Sequence record: MK327936.1
Direction: 5' to 3' (one strand)
Source of the DNA: Escherichia phage vB_EcoM_G2540
Length of the DNA: 64,000 nt
The notes under the pieces were generated by a model. That model was not told the origin of the DNA, made no database searches, and worked only from the letters and a program-made list of their open reading frames with translations. Shown here piece after piece: positions 63,051 to 64,000 of the stretch; the stretch's first letter is position 1; each line of letters opens with the position of its first letter. The position numbers and the translations under genes are program-made.

Positions 63051-63989
63051 TTATTTAAATTGTTCAGTAACGTCTTCAACTACTTCGTATTGGCAGGTAC
63101 GCATTTTAGCATCGTTGTAATCAATCGGAATTGATACTACATCGCGAGGATGAACTTTAACTTTTACAACTCGGCTGGTTGAACTGCCAAAGTGACGAAT
63201 ATAAGATTTAGAACACACATGCAGACCGCGAGAACAAGTCTGTGTATCATCGTCATTCACACGAGTACGTGGCATTTTAACTACTTTACCGGGACTGTTA
63301 TCAAAAGTATTTGAGTGGCAGTCAAAGTAATTGCTGCGAACTACTTTCCAAGCATAGAAGTAACCATCTTCTGTAATTTCAATATCGTTTGCTACCAAGA
63401 AATCAAAGAGTCGAGATACCGCTTTTTGGCTTGGGTTTTCCAGCAGATTTTCCAAGAACGGAAAATAAAATTCAAAGTTTTCACCTTTTTCCATCGAGTC
63501 AAGAATACGATCAACCAAACCAGACCGCAATTCAATATTTTGATAGAACAAGCTTCCACCTTCAATTCGAACATCACCGGAAATATATTTTTCAACAGCG
63601 CGACGAACATTAATTTTTTGTGCCGCTTCTTCTAACTTATCTGCTACGAGCAGATTAAGAATTTCCTGGAAGTTTGAATGAGTATTAGGAGTTGCATTAT
63701 AAGTTACACCGTCAACAGTAATTGAAATGAATTTTTTAGATGCATTCCAAATAATGTCAGATTTAGCAACTGGAGCAATAACTTCATCGCTATTAACTTT
63801 AACTGTAATATCACCGCTAATAGTAACTTTAGGGCGTTTAGCTTCTTCAGCATTTTTCAAAACACGACGGATTGTGTCAACCGATACACCTTGCCAATCA
63901 GCCAATTCCTGTTGGGTGTAATTACCACTTGAATACAGCTTAACAATTTCAGCTTGTTCGTTTTTGGTCAGGCATTTAATATTGTACAT
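63051..63989 (-). CDS. rIIB: rIIB rapid-lysis protein
   Basis: 312 aa as T4 rIIB; last complete gene before window end. Confidence 0.85.
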   Translation of the reverse strand: MYNIKCLTKNEQAEIVKLYSSGNYTQQELADWQGVSVDTIRRVLKNAEEAKRPKVTISGDITVKVNSDEVIAPVAKSDIIWNASKKFISITVDGVTYNATPNTHSNFQEILNLLVADKLEEAAQKINVRRAVEKYISGDVRIEGGSLFYQNIELRSGLVDRILDSMEKGENFEFYFPFLENLLENPSQKAVSRLFDFLVANDIEITEDGYFYAWKVVRSNYFDCHSNTFDNSPGKVVKMPRTRVNDDDTQTCSRGLHVCSKSYIRHFGSSTSRVVKVKVHPRDVVSIPIDYNDAKMRTCQYEVVEDVTEQFK

Positions 63990-64000
63990 AATTTTCCTTA

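Noticed and set aside
63037-63052. AAGGGC-CGAA-GTCCTT hairpin at the rIIB stop as a terminator
   Set aside because: Imperfect stem overlapping the stop codon and no T-run on the coding strand; more likely an intercistronic structure
63990-64000. 3' end of rIIA
   Set aside because: Only 11 nt remain in the window, too little to support a feature call

Overview
This window reads as a contiguous ~64 kb segment of a T4-like (Tequatrovirus-type) myovirus genome, running from the 3' end of head-vertex gene 24 to rIIB. Calls rest on ORF sizes, recognisable motifs, gene order, and my recollection of T4 protein sequences; no database search was run. The layout is: 24(partial)-rnlB-hoc-inh (minus), uvsW-uvsW.1 (plus), uvsY-25-26 (minus), baseplate genes 51-27-28-29-48-54 (plus), then a long minus-strand early/middle block (two alt paralogs, ligase 30, 30.x ORFs, rIII, 31, cd, pseT, spanins, alc, rnlA, denA, nrdB, HNH endonuclease, nrdA, td with group I intron carrying I-TevI, frd, 32, segG-like, 59, 33, dsbA, rnh), the plus-strand long-tail-fibre operon 34-35-36-37-38 plus holin t, and a final minus-strand block (asiA, motA, 52, ac, stp, ndd, denB, rIIB). 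I found no tRNA genes and no CRISPR array. Regulatory signals are dense and T4-typical: about 12 early sigma70-type promoters (TTTAC[A/T] -35, 17 bp spacer, -10), two MotA-box middle promoters, eight TATAAATA late promoters and several hairpin terminators. I did not find a clearly novel multi-gene system; the backbone is conserved T4. The most notable departures from the T4 reference as I recall it are a T2-type glycine-rich gp38 adhesin with a shorter gp37, Hoc with an extra tandemly duplicated Ig-like domain, two tandem Alt ADP-ribosyltransferase paralogs, a NADAR-domain ORF near ligase, a 115-aa ORF inserted between frd and td, an intronless nrdB with a free-standing HNH endonuclease coupled to nrdA, and several ORFan clusters and sub-60-aa genes (stp, ac-like, uvsY.-2-like) missed by the ORF track.
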